In this document: positions 18,504 through 28,109 of the stretch, one piece after another
How the letters are laid out: each line of letters begins with the position of its first letter
Numbering within the stretch: the first letter of the stretch is position 1
Assembly (NCBI GenBank): GCA_963674965.2
Contig: CAXXFL010000001.1
Location: forward strand, 224,001-288,000
Direction of reading: 5' to 3'
Length of the DNA stretch: 64,000 bases
Source: a bacterium
GTDB lineage: Bacteria > RBG-13-61-14 > DATKZS01
Position numbers and translations under genes: made by a program
The notes under the pieces: model-generated
Told to the model about the DNA's origin: nothing
The model's input: only the letters and a program-made list of their open reading frames with translations
Database searches by the model: none

Positions 18504-19815
18504 CGACGACAAGTCGGTCCTTATGGCTCTGGCCGAGTACTTCAGCCAGGACTACGAGGTCATCTCGGCCGCGAGCGGGGGAGATGGACTCAAGGCCTTT
18601 GATTTGAACTCTCCCACCGCCGTGATCCTGGACCTCAGGATGCCGGACATGGACGGCGTGGAAGTCCTGAAAAAAATGAAGGAGAAAGACCCCCAGGCCC
18701 CCGTGGTCATGCTGACGGCCTTCGGGGACATTAAAACGGCGGTGGACGCCATCAAACTCGGGGCCGAGCAGTTCCTCAGCAAGCCGGTGGACCTTCAGGC
18801 CCTCGATTCCATCCTGGGCAGGGCGGTCAAGGACGCCCGTCTTAAAAGAAGGTATAAGCTTCTCGATGAAAAGTCGGGCTATAGAAAGGACGACCTGGTC
18901 CTGCCGCCCGAGATATGGAAGGCCATTACCATCATGGCGGGAAACCCCGACACCACGGTGCTCATTACCGGTCCCACCGGCGTGGGCAAGGGCGTGGTGG
19001 CCGAGACCATTCATAACGAGTCCGCCAGGAGGGACGCGCCCTTCGTGGATATCAACTGCGCCGCCCTTACCGAGACCCTGCTCGAGTCCGAACTGTTCGG
19101 TCACGAGGCCGGGGCCTTTACCGACGCGAAGAAAGCCAAGAAGGGACTTATGGAAATGGCCGACGGGGGCACTCTTTTCCTCGACGAAATAGGGGAGATG
19201 CCCATGTCCCTCCAGGTCAGGATACTCAAGTCCATCGAGGACAAGACCTTCCGCAGGGTGGGCGGTACCAACAATATCAACGTGGACGTAAGGATAACGG
19301 CCGCTACCAATGCCGACCTCCGAAAAAAAGTCGAGGGGGGAAAATTCAGGGAGGACCTTTATTACCGGCTGAACGTCATACCCATCGAAATTCCTCCGCT
19401 GAAAAAAAGGACTAATGAAATAGAGGACTTAACCAACGTTTTCATTAAAGAATTCTCCGCCAAGATGAATAAGCCCATCAGGGGGATCGAAGAACAGGCC
19501 ATGGCCGTTTTAAAGGCCCATCCCTGGCCCGGTAATATTAGAGAGCTAAGGAACGTCATCGAGCGAGCGGCCATCTTGTGCTTCGAGGACAAGATAAGCA
19601 TGGAACACCTTCCAAGGGACCTTAGGGAATCGGAAGACGAAATTGAAAAAGAGCCGGGGTCACCTATGACTTCCCTCCTTGAAATGGAAATAAAACAGAT
19701 AATTAGGACATTAAAGCACACGGGTAACAACAGGGCCAAGGCGGCGAAAATTCTTGGAATCGACGTGTCCACTCTGGGCAGAAAAATCAAAAAATATAAG
19801 ATCGAGGCCGATTGA
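18478..19815 (+). CDS. Sigma54-dependent response regulator (NtrC/AtoC type)
   Basis: Receiver domain, GPTGVGK, ESELFGHEAGAFTDA, FREDLYYRL, WPGNIREL, Fis-type HTH. Confidence 0.96.
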   Translation: MKPTLLIVDDDKSVLMALAEYFSQDYEVISAASGGDGLKAFDLNSPTAVILDLRMPDMDGVEVLKKMKEKDPQAPVVMLTAFGDIKTAVDAIKLGAEQFLSKPVDLQALDSILGRAVKDARLKRRYKLLDEKSGYRKDDLVLPPEIWKAITIMAGNPDTTVLITGPTGVGKGVVAETIHNESARRDAPFVDINCAALTETLLESELFGHEAGAFTDAKKAKKGLMEMADGGTLFLDEIGEMPMSLQVRILKSIEDKTFRRVGGTNNINVDVRITAATNADLRKKVEGGKFREDLYYRLNVIPIEIPPLKKRTNEIEDLTNVFIKEFSAKMNKPIRGIEEQAMAVLKAHPWPGNIRELRNVIERAAILCFEDKISMEHLPRDLRESEDEIEKEPGSPMTSLLEMEIKQIIRTLKHTGNNRAKAAKILGIDVSTLGRKIKKYKIEAD

Positions 19816-19819
19816 AAAA

Positions 19820-19849
19820 GCAAATTGCAAAAAGCCGGGGCAATATGCC
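19820..19849. promoter_or_regulatory. Putative tandem enhancer-binding-protein sites
   Basis: GCAAATTGC (19820) and GGCAATATGCC (19839) are both GCA-N3-TGC with centres 20 bp apart, about 200 bp upstream of a sigma54 promoter. Confidence 0.5.
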
Positions 19850-20045
19850 TTTTATTACTTGCCATTTTTCATCAGAATAATCTCTTCCCTCGCCGCGTCA
19901 TTGACAAGTAAGATTTTTTTCCATTCCAGGTCCAGCCAGATATCTTTACTTAAATGGCTTAATTATAAAGATTAATTGTGTTTATACGCGAGAACTTTTT
20001 CTTTGGCGCCCGATAATTCGATTAAAAGGCGAAAACGGTCTCGAC

Positions 20046-20062
20046 TTGGCCTATTCCTTGCT
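20046..20062 (+). promoter_or_regulatory. Sigma54 -24/-12 promoter
   Basis: TTGGC-CTATTCC-TTGCT has the exact TGGC-N7-TTGC spacing and lies 46 bp before the next start. Confidence 0.8.
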
Positions 20063-20108
20063 TTATTTTGCCAGAGAAACGGACATTACCAAAGGTAAGG
20101 AACATTAA

Positions 20109-20519
20109 GTGACAAAATATAAAAAAATCTTGATCGTTGACGATGAACCCTCGATACTGCACACCTTGTCGCATTTCCTCAAAGTAAACGGCAACGAGGT
20201 ATTGACCTCTTCGGAAATGTCGGCGGCCGAGTACATGATCAAGTCCACCAAGGTTGACCTGGTGCTGGCCGATATCCGGCTTACGGGAGTCCTGGGTAGA
20301 GAAGGCCTCGAGCTTTTAAGCTATATAAAAGAACATAGTGAGGAAACAACGGTAATAATAATGACCGGTTACGGTTCGCCGGAGATCGAGAAAGAAGCCT
20401 ACGACAGGGGAGCCTATTATTACATCGATAAACCCATCCGGCTGCACGCCCTTCACGAGCGCCTGTCCAAGCTCGGCATCGGCACTAAATTCAGCGAGGG
20501 GCCTAAAAATGACAAATGA
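20109..20519 (+). CDS. Single-domain response regulator
   Basis: ILIVDDE, ADIRL, MTGYG, KP; GTG start. Confidence 0.92.
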   Translation: MTKYKKILIVDDEPSILHTLSHFLKVNGNEVLTSSEMSAAEYMIKSTKVDLVLADIRLTGVLGREGLELLSYIKEHSEETTVIIMTGYGSPEIEKEAYDRGAYYYIDKPIRLHALHERLSKLGIGTKFSEGPKNDK

Positions 20520-21363
20520 CGCCAAAACGTCCTTCGAGGAAAAGAAATTAAAAAACGAACTTCTCGATTATTTCGAGAAAGGCAAGGCCTTTACCCAGGA
20601 ATTGATGCTCGAGAACGAGAGGTTGAGACTTCGAGTTTTAGGGCTCGAGAGGCAATACGACGACCTTCAATCCCGGCAAAGCTCGGAGCGCGTCCGCGTC
20701 CTGGAGGAGGAAAACGCTAAACTGCGGGGCAGGCTGGAGGAACTCGAGTCCAGGTTCGGAGAAGTGGAAAAGGAAAACCAGGATTTTGCCAAGCGCTACG
20801 TCGAGGTACAGTCTCAAAACGACAACCTTCTTAATCTTTACGTGTCCAGCTATCAGCTTCACGCCACCCTGGACCCCGAGGAGGTGGTGACGGTAATACA
20901 CGAGATCATGCTCAACCTCATCGGCGCCGAAAGGTTTAAAGTCCTTATGATAGACGACCGGAAAATGAGACTTACCATGGTGGCGGGAGAGGATGAAAAC
21001 GGCCCCATCCGCGGACACGGCAAGGCCGAGCTCGATCCCGAGGTCGAGACGGTGCTGCGCGAGGGAGGGGCCATATTCAGGGACGAGGAAAATCCAGACC
21101 GCCGCTACCTGGCCTGCGTTCCGCTCCGGGTAAAGCGCGAGGTGGTCGGCGCCATAACCATATCGAAATTGATGGACCAGAAAAAACACGGGCTAACCAC
21201 TATAGATCATGAACTGCTCGACCTTATGGCGGACCACGCGGCGGCGGCCCTGGTCAGCTCCGACGTTTTCTCCCGGACCGAGCGCAAATTGAGGACGGTC
21301 GAGAATTTTCTCGAGCTATTGCAAATGGACTCCGGCCGCGACGGCGCGGGCGGAAGGTTATAA
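20509..21363 (+). CDS. Coiled-coil plus GAF domain protein (deltaproteobacterial che-cluster accessory type)
   Basis: FTQELMLENERLR, ENQDFAKRYVEV...NLLNLYVSSYQLHATLD, NLIGAE, ACVPL. Confidence 0.82.
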   Translation: MTNDAKTSFEEKKLKNELLDYFEKGKAFTQELMLENERLRLRVLGLERQYDDLQSRQSSERVRVLEEENAKLRGRLEELESRFGEVEKENQDFAKRYVEVQSQNDNLLNLYVSSYQLHATLDPEEVVTVIHEIMLNLIGAERFKVLMIDDRKMRLTMVAGEDENGPIRGHGKAELDPEVETVLREGGAIFRDEENPDRRYLACVPLRVKREVVGAITISKLMDQKKHGLTTIDHELLDLMADHAAAALVSSDVFSRTERKLRTVENFLELLQMDSGRDGAGGRL

Positions 21364-21410
21364 GATATTTTTTTTCGCGGCGGCCACGCCCCAGCGGCTA
21401 AAAGGAGACG

Positions 21411-21800
21411 ATGGAAATGACTGGCAGAGTTTTGGTGGTGGACGACTCGGAGCTGATTCACAATATGTACCGCCTCATGCTCAAAAAGTATCGCGACCTC
21501 GAGATCGTCTCGGCCATGAACGGAAAGGAGGCCCTCGAAAAACTCGAGACCATGGACGGCGTGGACCTTATTCTCCTCGATATCAATATGCCGGTCATGA
21601 ACGGGGTCCAGTTTATGAAGACCCTGAAGGAGGGCAAAAGGCACTCGAACGTTCCCGTCATCATCGTGAGCACCGAGGGCAAGGAGGACGACACCAGGAG
21701 AGGACTGGACCTGGGCGCGAAGGGATACATCGTCAAGCCTTTCAAGTCCGGGAGCCTTCACGAGACCATAGATAAAATCATCGGTCTTAGCAACAACTGA
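21411..21800 (+). CDS. CheY-like response regulator
   Basis: VLVVDDS, LDINMPVMNG, IIVSTEG, YIVKPF. Confidence 0.93.
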   Translation: MEMTGRVLVVDDSELIHNMYRLMLKKYRDLEIVSAMNGKEALEKLETMDGVDLILLDINMPVMNGVQFMKTLKEGKRHSNVPVIIVSTEGKEDDTRRGLDLGAKGYIVKPFKSGSLHETIDKIIGLSNN

Positions 21801-22029
21801 AGACCGGGAAACGGCGGATGACGCCGGGGCGGAAAAAGCGTCCCCATCCCAAGGGGACCCGCGAGAGAAGGCCGCCCCTCAACCAAGCGTAAACTTGTTT
21901 GTTTACGGCCGCGAGAGATTTACCTCTCGGCCGCGGGGAAGGTTCGCGCTCCGAACGGAGGAGGGAGCGGCGGCCCGGGGCCAAAGAAAAAGCGCGAGCG
22001 CGCGATCGATTCGCGCCGGAAATAAGGAA

Positions 22030-24423
22030 ATGAACGATATCGAAGGCATGACCCGTCAAGACACAACCACCGAACCCGAGCCGGTAAGGCTCGAGGCGGT
22101 CAGGTCGCTCGTGGCCGAAGGCTCGATGGACAAGGCCCCCCTCCTGTTAAAGGCCATGTCCGACTCGAGCGAGGCGGTCAGGCGCGAGGCCATGAATGGA
22201 TTGTCCCTTTTCCCCGCCGATTTCGTGCTTCCCCGACTGGAAAGACTTCTTCGCGACGGGGCCGACGCCAACGCCCGCAACGCGGCCATGGAGACTTTTC
22301 CCCGCTACGGCTCCGAGTCCACCTCCTATCTTTTAGGGCTTCTCAGGGACGAGGACGCGGAAATCAGGGACTTTGCCTCGGTCATGCTGGGGCGGATCAA
22401 GGACCCCGACTCGGTCGAGGGACTCATCGAGGCGCTGGCGGACCGGGACGAGAACGTCAGGCACGGCGCGGCCGAGGCCCTGGGCAAGATAGGCGACCCC
22501 AGGGCGGTTGACGCCTTGACGGCCGCGCTCGAGGACGACTTCTGGGTCCAGTACGCCGCGGTTACCGCGCTTGGCATGATAGGAGACGGCCGGGCCGTCG
22601 CGCCTCTTCTCAAGCTGCTCGATGACGAGATGCTGTGCCAGGCGGCCATGACCGCGCTTGGAAACGTGGGAGACCCCTCGGTCGTTCCGGTCCTGGCCAA
22701 GATGCTCCTTAGCCCGGACCCAACGCTCAGGAACGACGCCGTCGCCTCCCTGGTCTCCATCCAGGACCGGATGGAAACGCACGTTCATACCGACGGCCAT
22801 TGCCTTCCCAGCATCAAAAGGGCCCTGGACAAGGACGAGCTTTTCCAGCATCTTCTTCGCTCCCTCGAGGACCGCGATCCCATGGTGAGGAAAAACGCCG
22901 TTATCGCGCTGGGATGGCTGCGGAAATCCGGGGCGGTCGGCCGTCTTGTCCAGCTTCTTTCGGACGAGGAACTGCGGGAATACGCGGTCAATTCTCTGGT
23001 GTCGATGGGCGGCTCGACGGCCATGGACCTGGTCAGGTCCATGGCGGGCGTTGACGCCGAGACCCGTCTCGCGCTCATCCGCTGCGTCGATTGGATAGGC
23101 GAGGTCAAGGCCATCGAGGCCTTGGTGCCCTGCCTGAAGGACGAAAGCCGTGACGCGCGTCTCCGGACCATCCGCGCCATGGCCGGCGCCCTCGAGAGCG
23201 AGTCCGTCGAGGACGCTCTCATCGAGATGTTGTCCGACCGCGACCCCGCGATAAGGTCCGCCCTTATCGAGACCCTTTCGAGCTCGAGATCGGCGACGCT
23301 GCCGTCAAAACTCGCGTCACTCATAGCCTCAGGGGACGGTCCCGTCAAAACGTCGGCCATCAAGGTCCTCGGGGCGGTAGGAGGCGATGAAGACCTCGAT
23401 ATCATAGAGGACTCGATAAAGGACGAGGACGAGTCGGTAAGGGCCGCGGCCTTCGAGGCCATGGGTGGATCGCGTTCGCGGACCGCTCCCGACGGGGTTT
23501 ACGCCAAAGGGATCGGGGACGAAAGCCCCAGGGTAAGGAAAGCCGCCGTCGAGGCCATCGGGTCCGACGCCTCGCCCGCGACCAGGGAAAAGCTGGGCTC
23601 CCTGATTAAGGACAGGGACCCCGAGATAAGGATGGCGGCCGTCGAGGCCATGGGAAGGCTCGGAGACCCCGCGTTCATCGAGCGACTGATCGAGGCTTAC
23701 GCCACCGGCGGCAAGCCGGTCAAAGTTAAAGCCATCCGCGCCCTGGGCAACGTTTGGGACAGGAAAAGCTCGAAGTTCCTGACCGGCCTCCTCGAGGAAC
23801 CCGACGCGGAGATAAAGAAGGAAGTCCTTTACGCCCTGGCCCGGATACAGGATAAAAGGTCGGCGCCTGGAATAATCGTGGCCCTCGAGGACCCCGACTG
23901 GTGGGTAAGGACCGCGGCCATCAGGGCCCTTGGGCTTACCGGTGACTCCGGCATGGTAGGGAGCCTTTTGAGCAGGCTGGCGATCGAGGAGGACGAGGTA
24001 ATAAAAAAGGAGATCATCGTGGCGGTGGGAAGACTGGGAGACGAGAGGGCCGTGCAATCCCTCCTCCCCCACCTGCACGAGGAGAACCTGAAAATCGAGA
24101 TCATAAACGTCATCGAGAAGCTGGGACTGGGCGACCTCGAGTATTTTTATAACTTTCTCAAGTGCTCGAACAACAGGCTCAAATGTCTTCTTGTCGAGAT
24201 CCTCGGGAGGATCGAGGGAAACGAGGGAGCCAGGTTCCTGGCCATGCTTTTAAAGGACGAGCTGGACATGGCCAGGTCCAGGGCCGCCGAGGCCTTGGGA
24301 CGGGTGGGAGACGAGCGGGCCATACCCGCGCTCCTCGCCGTCCAGAGAAACGACGTGAGCGAGAACGTCAGAAAGGAAGCCGCCCGCGCCATAAGGAAAA
24401 TAAACGAGCGGCTGAAAAAATGA
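22030..24423 (+). CDS. HEAT-repeat (PBS-lyase type) protein
   Basis: About 20 L.D.D..VR..AA.ALG..GD..A repeats; start 22030 or 22048. Confidence 0.92.
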   Translation: MNDIEGMTRQDTTTEPEPVRLEAVRSLVAEGSMDKAPLLLKAMSDSSEAVRREAMNGLSLFPADFVLPRLERLLRDGADANARNAAMETFPRYGSESTSYLLGLLRDEDAEIRDFASVMLGRIKDPDSVEGLIEALADRDENVRHGAAEALGKIGDPRAVDALTAALEDDFWVQYAAVTALGMIGDGRAVAPLLKLLDDEMLCQAAMTALGNVGDPSVVPVLAKMLLSPDPTLRNDAVASLVSIQDRMETHVHTDGHCLPSIKRALDKDELFQHLLRSLEDRDPMVRKNAVIALGWLRKSGAVGRLVQLLSDEELREYAVNSLVSMGGSTAMDLVRSMAGVDAETRLALIRCVDWIGEVKAIEALVPCLKDESRDARLRTIRAMAGALESESVEDALIEMLSDRDPAIRSALIETLSSSRSATLPSKLASLIASGDGPVKTSAIKVLGAVGGDEDLDIIEDSIKDEDESVRAAAFEAMGGSRSRTAPDGVYAKGIGDESPRVRKAAVEAIGSDASPATREKLGSLIKDRDPEIRMAAVEAMGRLGDPAFIERLIEAYATGGKPVKVKAIRALGNVWDRKSSKFLTGLLEEPDAEIKKEVLYALARIQDKRSAPGIIVALEDPDWWVRTAAIRALGLTGDSGMVGSLLSRLAIEEDEVIKKEIIVAVGRLGDERAVQSLLPHLHEENLKIEIINVIEKLGLGDLEYFYNFLKCSNNRLKCLLVEILGRIEGNEGARFLAMLLKDELDMARSRAAEALGRVGDERAIPALLAVQRNDVSENVRKEAARAIRKINERLKK

Positions 24424-24545
24424 GTTTAGTGGAAAGTCGTAACGGCAGGTTATGTTTTTGGGAATAAACAAGGACCTTAATTCTGGCGACGAGTGGGCGG
24501 TAAAAATCAAGGACCGCCACGACCTGACAGGAAAGGAGTTTTAAA

Positions 24546-24785
24546 ATGCAAAGATGCCCTAATTGCAACGATTTCATGCCCCAGGGGGCCGTTCAGTGCG
24601 AAAGCTGCAAAGCCTACGTGGACGGCAAGGAAAGAGTCGACGACCGGTGCGAGTGTGGAAACCTCGTGGCTAAAATCACGAGGGACACCATCGAGATAAA
24701 GTGCCGCCGCTGTAAAAGGATTAGAATCATCGACGCCAAATCGCTGGCGGAGAGATACGACTACCTGATCCAGCATAACGAATAA
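24546..24785 (+). CDS. Small double zinc-ribbon protein with a Mu Com-like domain
   Basis: CPNC..CESC followed by RCECGNLVAK...IEIKCRRCKR; strong RBS AAAGGAG. Confidence 0.75.
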   Translation: MQRCPNCNDFMPQGAVQCESCKAYVDGKERVDDRCECGNLVAKITRDTIEIKCRRCKRIRIIDAKSLAERYDYLIQHNE

Positions 24786-24798
24786 AACAATCTTTCAA

Positions 24799-24838
24799 CC
24801 GGGGCGGGGCCGTTCAAGCCGTAACGGCCTCGCCTCGG
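24799..24838 (+). terminator. Strong hairpin after the Com-like gene
   Basis: ccggggcggggccgtt pairs with aacggcctcgcctcgg (16 bp including two G-U pairs); no U-tract follows. Confidence 0.45.
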
Positions 24839-25004
24839 AGACCTTCGCCCAGCGGGCGGCCCGTCCGGTCCTATAACCTAATGGTCCGGGCCATACCGCG
24901 TCCTTGCCAATTCTAACCATTTATGAATATGATGTTGGCGGAAGATGGGGACGATCCGATCGTCCTTGTCCTACCCATCTCGCGTTCGAAATGGAGAGCC
25001 GGAC

Positions 25005-25814
25005 ATGAAGACGAGTTACAAGGGCAAGGTCGCGTTGGTCACGGGCGGCGCGCGCGGACTGGGAAAGAAGATCGCTCTGGACTTCGCCCAAAGAGGAGCG
25101 AACGTGGCCATAGCCGATCTTCGGGAAAAGGAACTCGAGGAAACGGCGCGGGAGATAGAGGCGCTCGGGACCCGGGCCTTTCCCCTCAGGGTGGACCTGG
25201 CCGAGAAGACGGGATGCGAGTCCATGATAGCCGAGGCCTCTCAAAAGGCCGGGCCCGTCGATTTCCTGGTCAACAACGCGGGGGTGGTATGGAACCGCGA
25301 CGTGGCGGACCTCGAGGACCGCATGATAAGGACAATGGTCGAGGTCAACCTGATGGCCCAAATATGGACCACCAGGGCCGTCCTCCCCGCCATGATCGAG
25401 CGCGGGGAAGGGACCATCGTGTGCGTGGCCTCGGCCGCCGGCAGGGTGGCGACGCCGGCCATGAACGTCTACGCCGCCACCAAGTTCGCACTCATCGGAT
25501 ACCACGACGCGTTAAGGCACGAGCTGAGAAAGTCAGGCTCGGGCGTCAAGGTCGTTATGGTCTGCCCCGGATACATGGACACCAAGATGTTCGTGGGGGC
25601 CAAGGTACCCCTCGGCGTGAGCCTGACCGACCCCCAAAAGGTCTCTAAAGCCCTCATGAAGGCGCTGGATAAAGGCAAGGAGGAGATATACGTTCCGAAG
25701 AACACCCATCTCCTGGCCATTCACCGCGTCATGTTTCCGCCTAAAATGACCGAGCGTCTAATCGAGATGACCGGGATGCACGAGTCCTTTTACGAGTCGA
25801 GGACGGAAGATTGA
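25005..25814 (+). CDS. Short-chain dehydrogenase/reductase
   Basis: TGGARGLG, NNAG, YAATK; start reset to 25005 after GGAG. Confidence 0.94.
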   Translation: MKTSYKGKVALVTGGARGLGKKIALDFAQRGANVAIADLREKELEETAREIEALGTRAFPLRVDLAEKTGCESMIAEASQKAGPVDFLVNNAGVVWNRDVADLEDRMIRTMVEVNLMAQIWTTRAVLPAMIERGEGTIVCVASAAGRVATPAMNVYAATKFALIGYHDALRHELRKSGSGVKVVMVCPGYMDTKMFVGAKVPLGVSLTDPQKVSKALMKALDKGKEEIYVPKNTHLLAIHRVMFPPKMTERLIEMTGMHESFYESRTED

Positions 25815-25916
25815 TCATTGGCGAAGGCTATCGTCCGGACGCTTCCCGAATAAAGCCCGGCCGAAACGCGGCTCGGCCTTGTAAGGAAGCCGGCTTCCGG
25901 CCCTTGGCCTTGTCGT

Positions 25917-28109
25917 TTATAAAGTGAACTCGATCAGTCCCCTGATGTTCGCCTTGCCGCCCTTGCCTTTGCCGCCCATCGCGGTCCCGTCCTTGAAGCC
26001 CCTCACGTTAAGGTCTGACAGGTCGTAGGGGTCCGGCATGGCCAGTCTGGCCTCGAAAATCCCGTCCCGTCCGGCGCGGTCCGGCTCCCTTAGGTACCTG
26101 CCACCCGGCGAGGGCCTCGTGCCAAGGACTTTGAATATGGTGGCGCGGCTCGACCGCGCTCTTAGCTCGGCTTCCCTGGTGTAGGCCGTAAAATACTCGA
26201 GGCTCGCCTTGTTTCCTTCCCGCCGGGCCTTGAAAACCCGGTAGCCGTTCGGATACTCGATGGTGCAGGGGACCTGGAAGTGGACCGTCGAGCCGTCGTC
26301 CGAGGCCGCGCCAAAAGTAGAGGCCTTTTTAAAGGCGTCCACCACCACGCCGTGGTAATGGCCGCTGATGACCGCCTTCACGTTGCCATGCCTCGCGAAA
26401 AGCCGCTGGAGCTGCATCCTGGCCGCCGAGCGCTTGCGCGTGAAGTGATACCTCGACTTAAGGTAGGCGTTCATGAGGGGCGGAACGATACTGAGAGGAT
26501 AGATGGGATGGTGGGAGGCGATCAGCACGGCCTCCCCCTCCCGGGACGAAAGCACGTCCTCCAGCCAGTCGATCTTGTCCTGAGAAAAACCCAGGTTCGA
26601 GTGGGTCGGAATGGTCGAGTCCAGAACCACGAGCGTCAGCCAGTCCGTCAGCCTTTGCACGTAATCGACCTTGCCGTCCCTCGGGCCGAACCCCTCGTAG
26701 AAATTGGAAATGGGAGCGCTCGAGCTGGCCGGTCCGTTCTCGGCGAAGGTCCCCTTCGCGTCGTGGTTGCCCACCGTGACCAGGGTCTTCTCGCGGACCC
26801 GGCCGGGAAGACCCTGAAGATAGGACCGAAACAAAAGGGCCTCGTCCTCTTCCCCGTGCTCGGTAAGGTCGCCGCAAAATAATAGAGCGTCCACCGGGGC
26901 CTCGACATAATTGGCCTCCGCCGAGGGAGAGGAGAGGAAAACCTCGTCATAAAACTCGACCCGATGACGGCCCGAGACTATCTGGTCGATCACGTCCTCG
27001 AGGATCATCTTGCTTCCCTCCTCGGGGAAATGGCCGATCAACTCGTAGTTTTTGCTTTCATCCTCGTCCACGAACCTGTCAAGACAAAGATGCGTGTCCG
27101 AGGCCACCGCCAGGGTCACCTCGTCCCGCTCCCGCCAGAAGGGCGCCAGGTTCGGGCCCGGACCCGAGACTATGGCCTCGATTTCGCCCGAGCCGGTCAA
27201 GACCAGACGCCTGTCCGCCCGCTCGCCCAGGTTGGCCAGCGGCTTGGGCGGGCCGCCGTTATGAAAGCTCTCCTCCACCAAGTCCTGGCGGCGGCTCTGA
27301 ACGAAGTCGGAACGCGCCGTTACCTCGCCGTCCCGCGAGGCGACCGACACGGTCCTGGCCCCGCAAGGATATGCCGCGGTCGAGCAGGTCACCAGGTTGA
27401 GCGGGCCTCCCGGTATCCGTCCCGCCCCGTTGGCCAGGGCCTTGCCGGAAAGAACCAGCGAGACCTGAGGATGGCGGCGGAAAATATCGAGCAGGGCGTC
27501 GCGGTCATCGGCCGCGAACCCCTTGGCTTTATCCACCTCGATGAGCGGGGGCCTCGATACGATCACCACCAGAGAGTCGGTCGCGTCGGCGAGAACTTCC
27601 TCCAGGCCGGCAAGCTGGGCCTCCCGGTTATAAAGGCGGGAGGGAACGCGACGCGGGCATTCCTTTTCCTCGGCCAGGCGAATGAAAGTAACGCCGCCTT
27701 TTGACCAGGACTCGAGACCCTTGCCGGCGCCGGGGCATATTATTTCGAGACTCGAGGAGGAAATGAGGTCGCCGGCGGGAGGAGCGGGGTTTGTCCCGAA
27801 AGGCGCGGGTCGGGAAAAGCCGCCGCCGTGAACGATGAACCCCAGGCCCGGGTCCTTTTCGGCCATGGCCGAGACCACGTCCTGGGCCAGGGTGAGCGCG
27901 TGGCCGTACATCAGGCCCCCGCCCATCTTGCCCGCGTCCTTGCCCTCGCCGGGAGGCGAAAGAAAGGTGTCGGTCAAAAAGCCGAAGCTTGCCTCGGCCG
28001 GCCTCATCCCCGCTCGGGACCTGAAGGCCCAGGTTCCGAAGGAAGCGGCCAGGGCCGCGCCGCCGGTGACCTTTAAAAAACTCCTCCTGCCCCATCCTTC
28101 ACTAGTCAT
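25917..28109 (-). CDS. Tat-exported tandem calcineurin-like metallophosphoesterase
   Basis: GRRSFLK signal; C-terminal domain has SDTH, GDLTE, GNHD, HHP, SGHYH; start 28109 after GGAGGT. Confidence 0.85.
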   Translation of the reverse strand: MTSEGWGRRSFLKVTGGAALAASFGTWAFRSRAGMRPAEASFGFLTDTFLSPPGEGKDAGKMGGGLMYGHALTLAQDVVSAMAEKDPGLGFIVHGGGFSRPAPFGTNPAPPAGDLISSSSLEIICPGAGKGLESWSKGGVTFIRLAEEKECPRRVPSRLYNREAQLAGLEEVLADATDSLVVIVSRPPLIEVDKAKGFAADDRDALLDIFRRHPQVSLVLSGKALANGAGRIPGGPLNLVTCSTAAYPCGARTVSVASRDGEVTARSDFVQSRRQDLVEESFHNGGPPKPLANLGERADRRLVLTGSGEIEAIVSGPGPNLAPFWRERDEVTLAVASDTHLCLDRFVDEDESKNYELIGHFPEEGSKMILEDVIDQIVSGRHRVEFYDEVFLSSPSAEANYVEAPVDALLFCGDLTEHGEEDEALLFRSYLQGLPGRVREKTLVTVGNHDAKGTFAENGPASSSAPISNFYEGFGPRDGKVDYVQRLTDWLTLVVLDSTIPTHSNLGFSQDKIDWLEDVLSSREGEAVLIASHHPIYPLSIVPPLMNAYLKSRYHFTRKRSAARMQLQRLFARHGNVKAVISGHYHGVVVDAFKKASTFGAASDDGSTVHFQVPCTIEYPNGYRVFKARREGNKASLEYFTAYTREAELRARSSRATIFKVLGTRPSPGGRYLREPDRAGRDGIFEARLAMPDPYDLSDLNVRGFKDGTAMGGKGKGGKANIRGLIEFTL

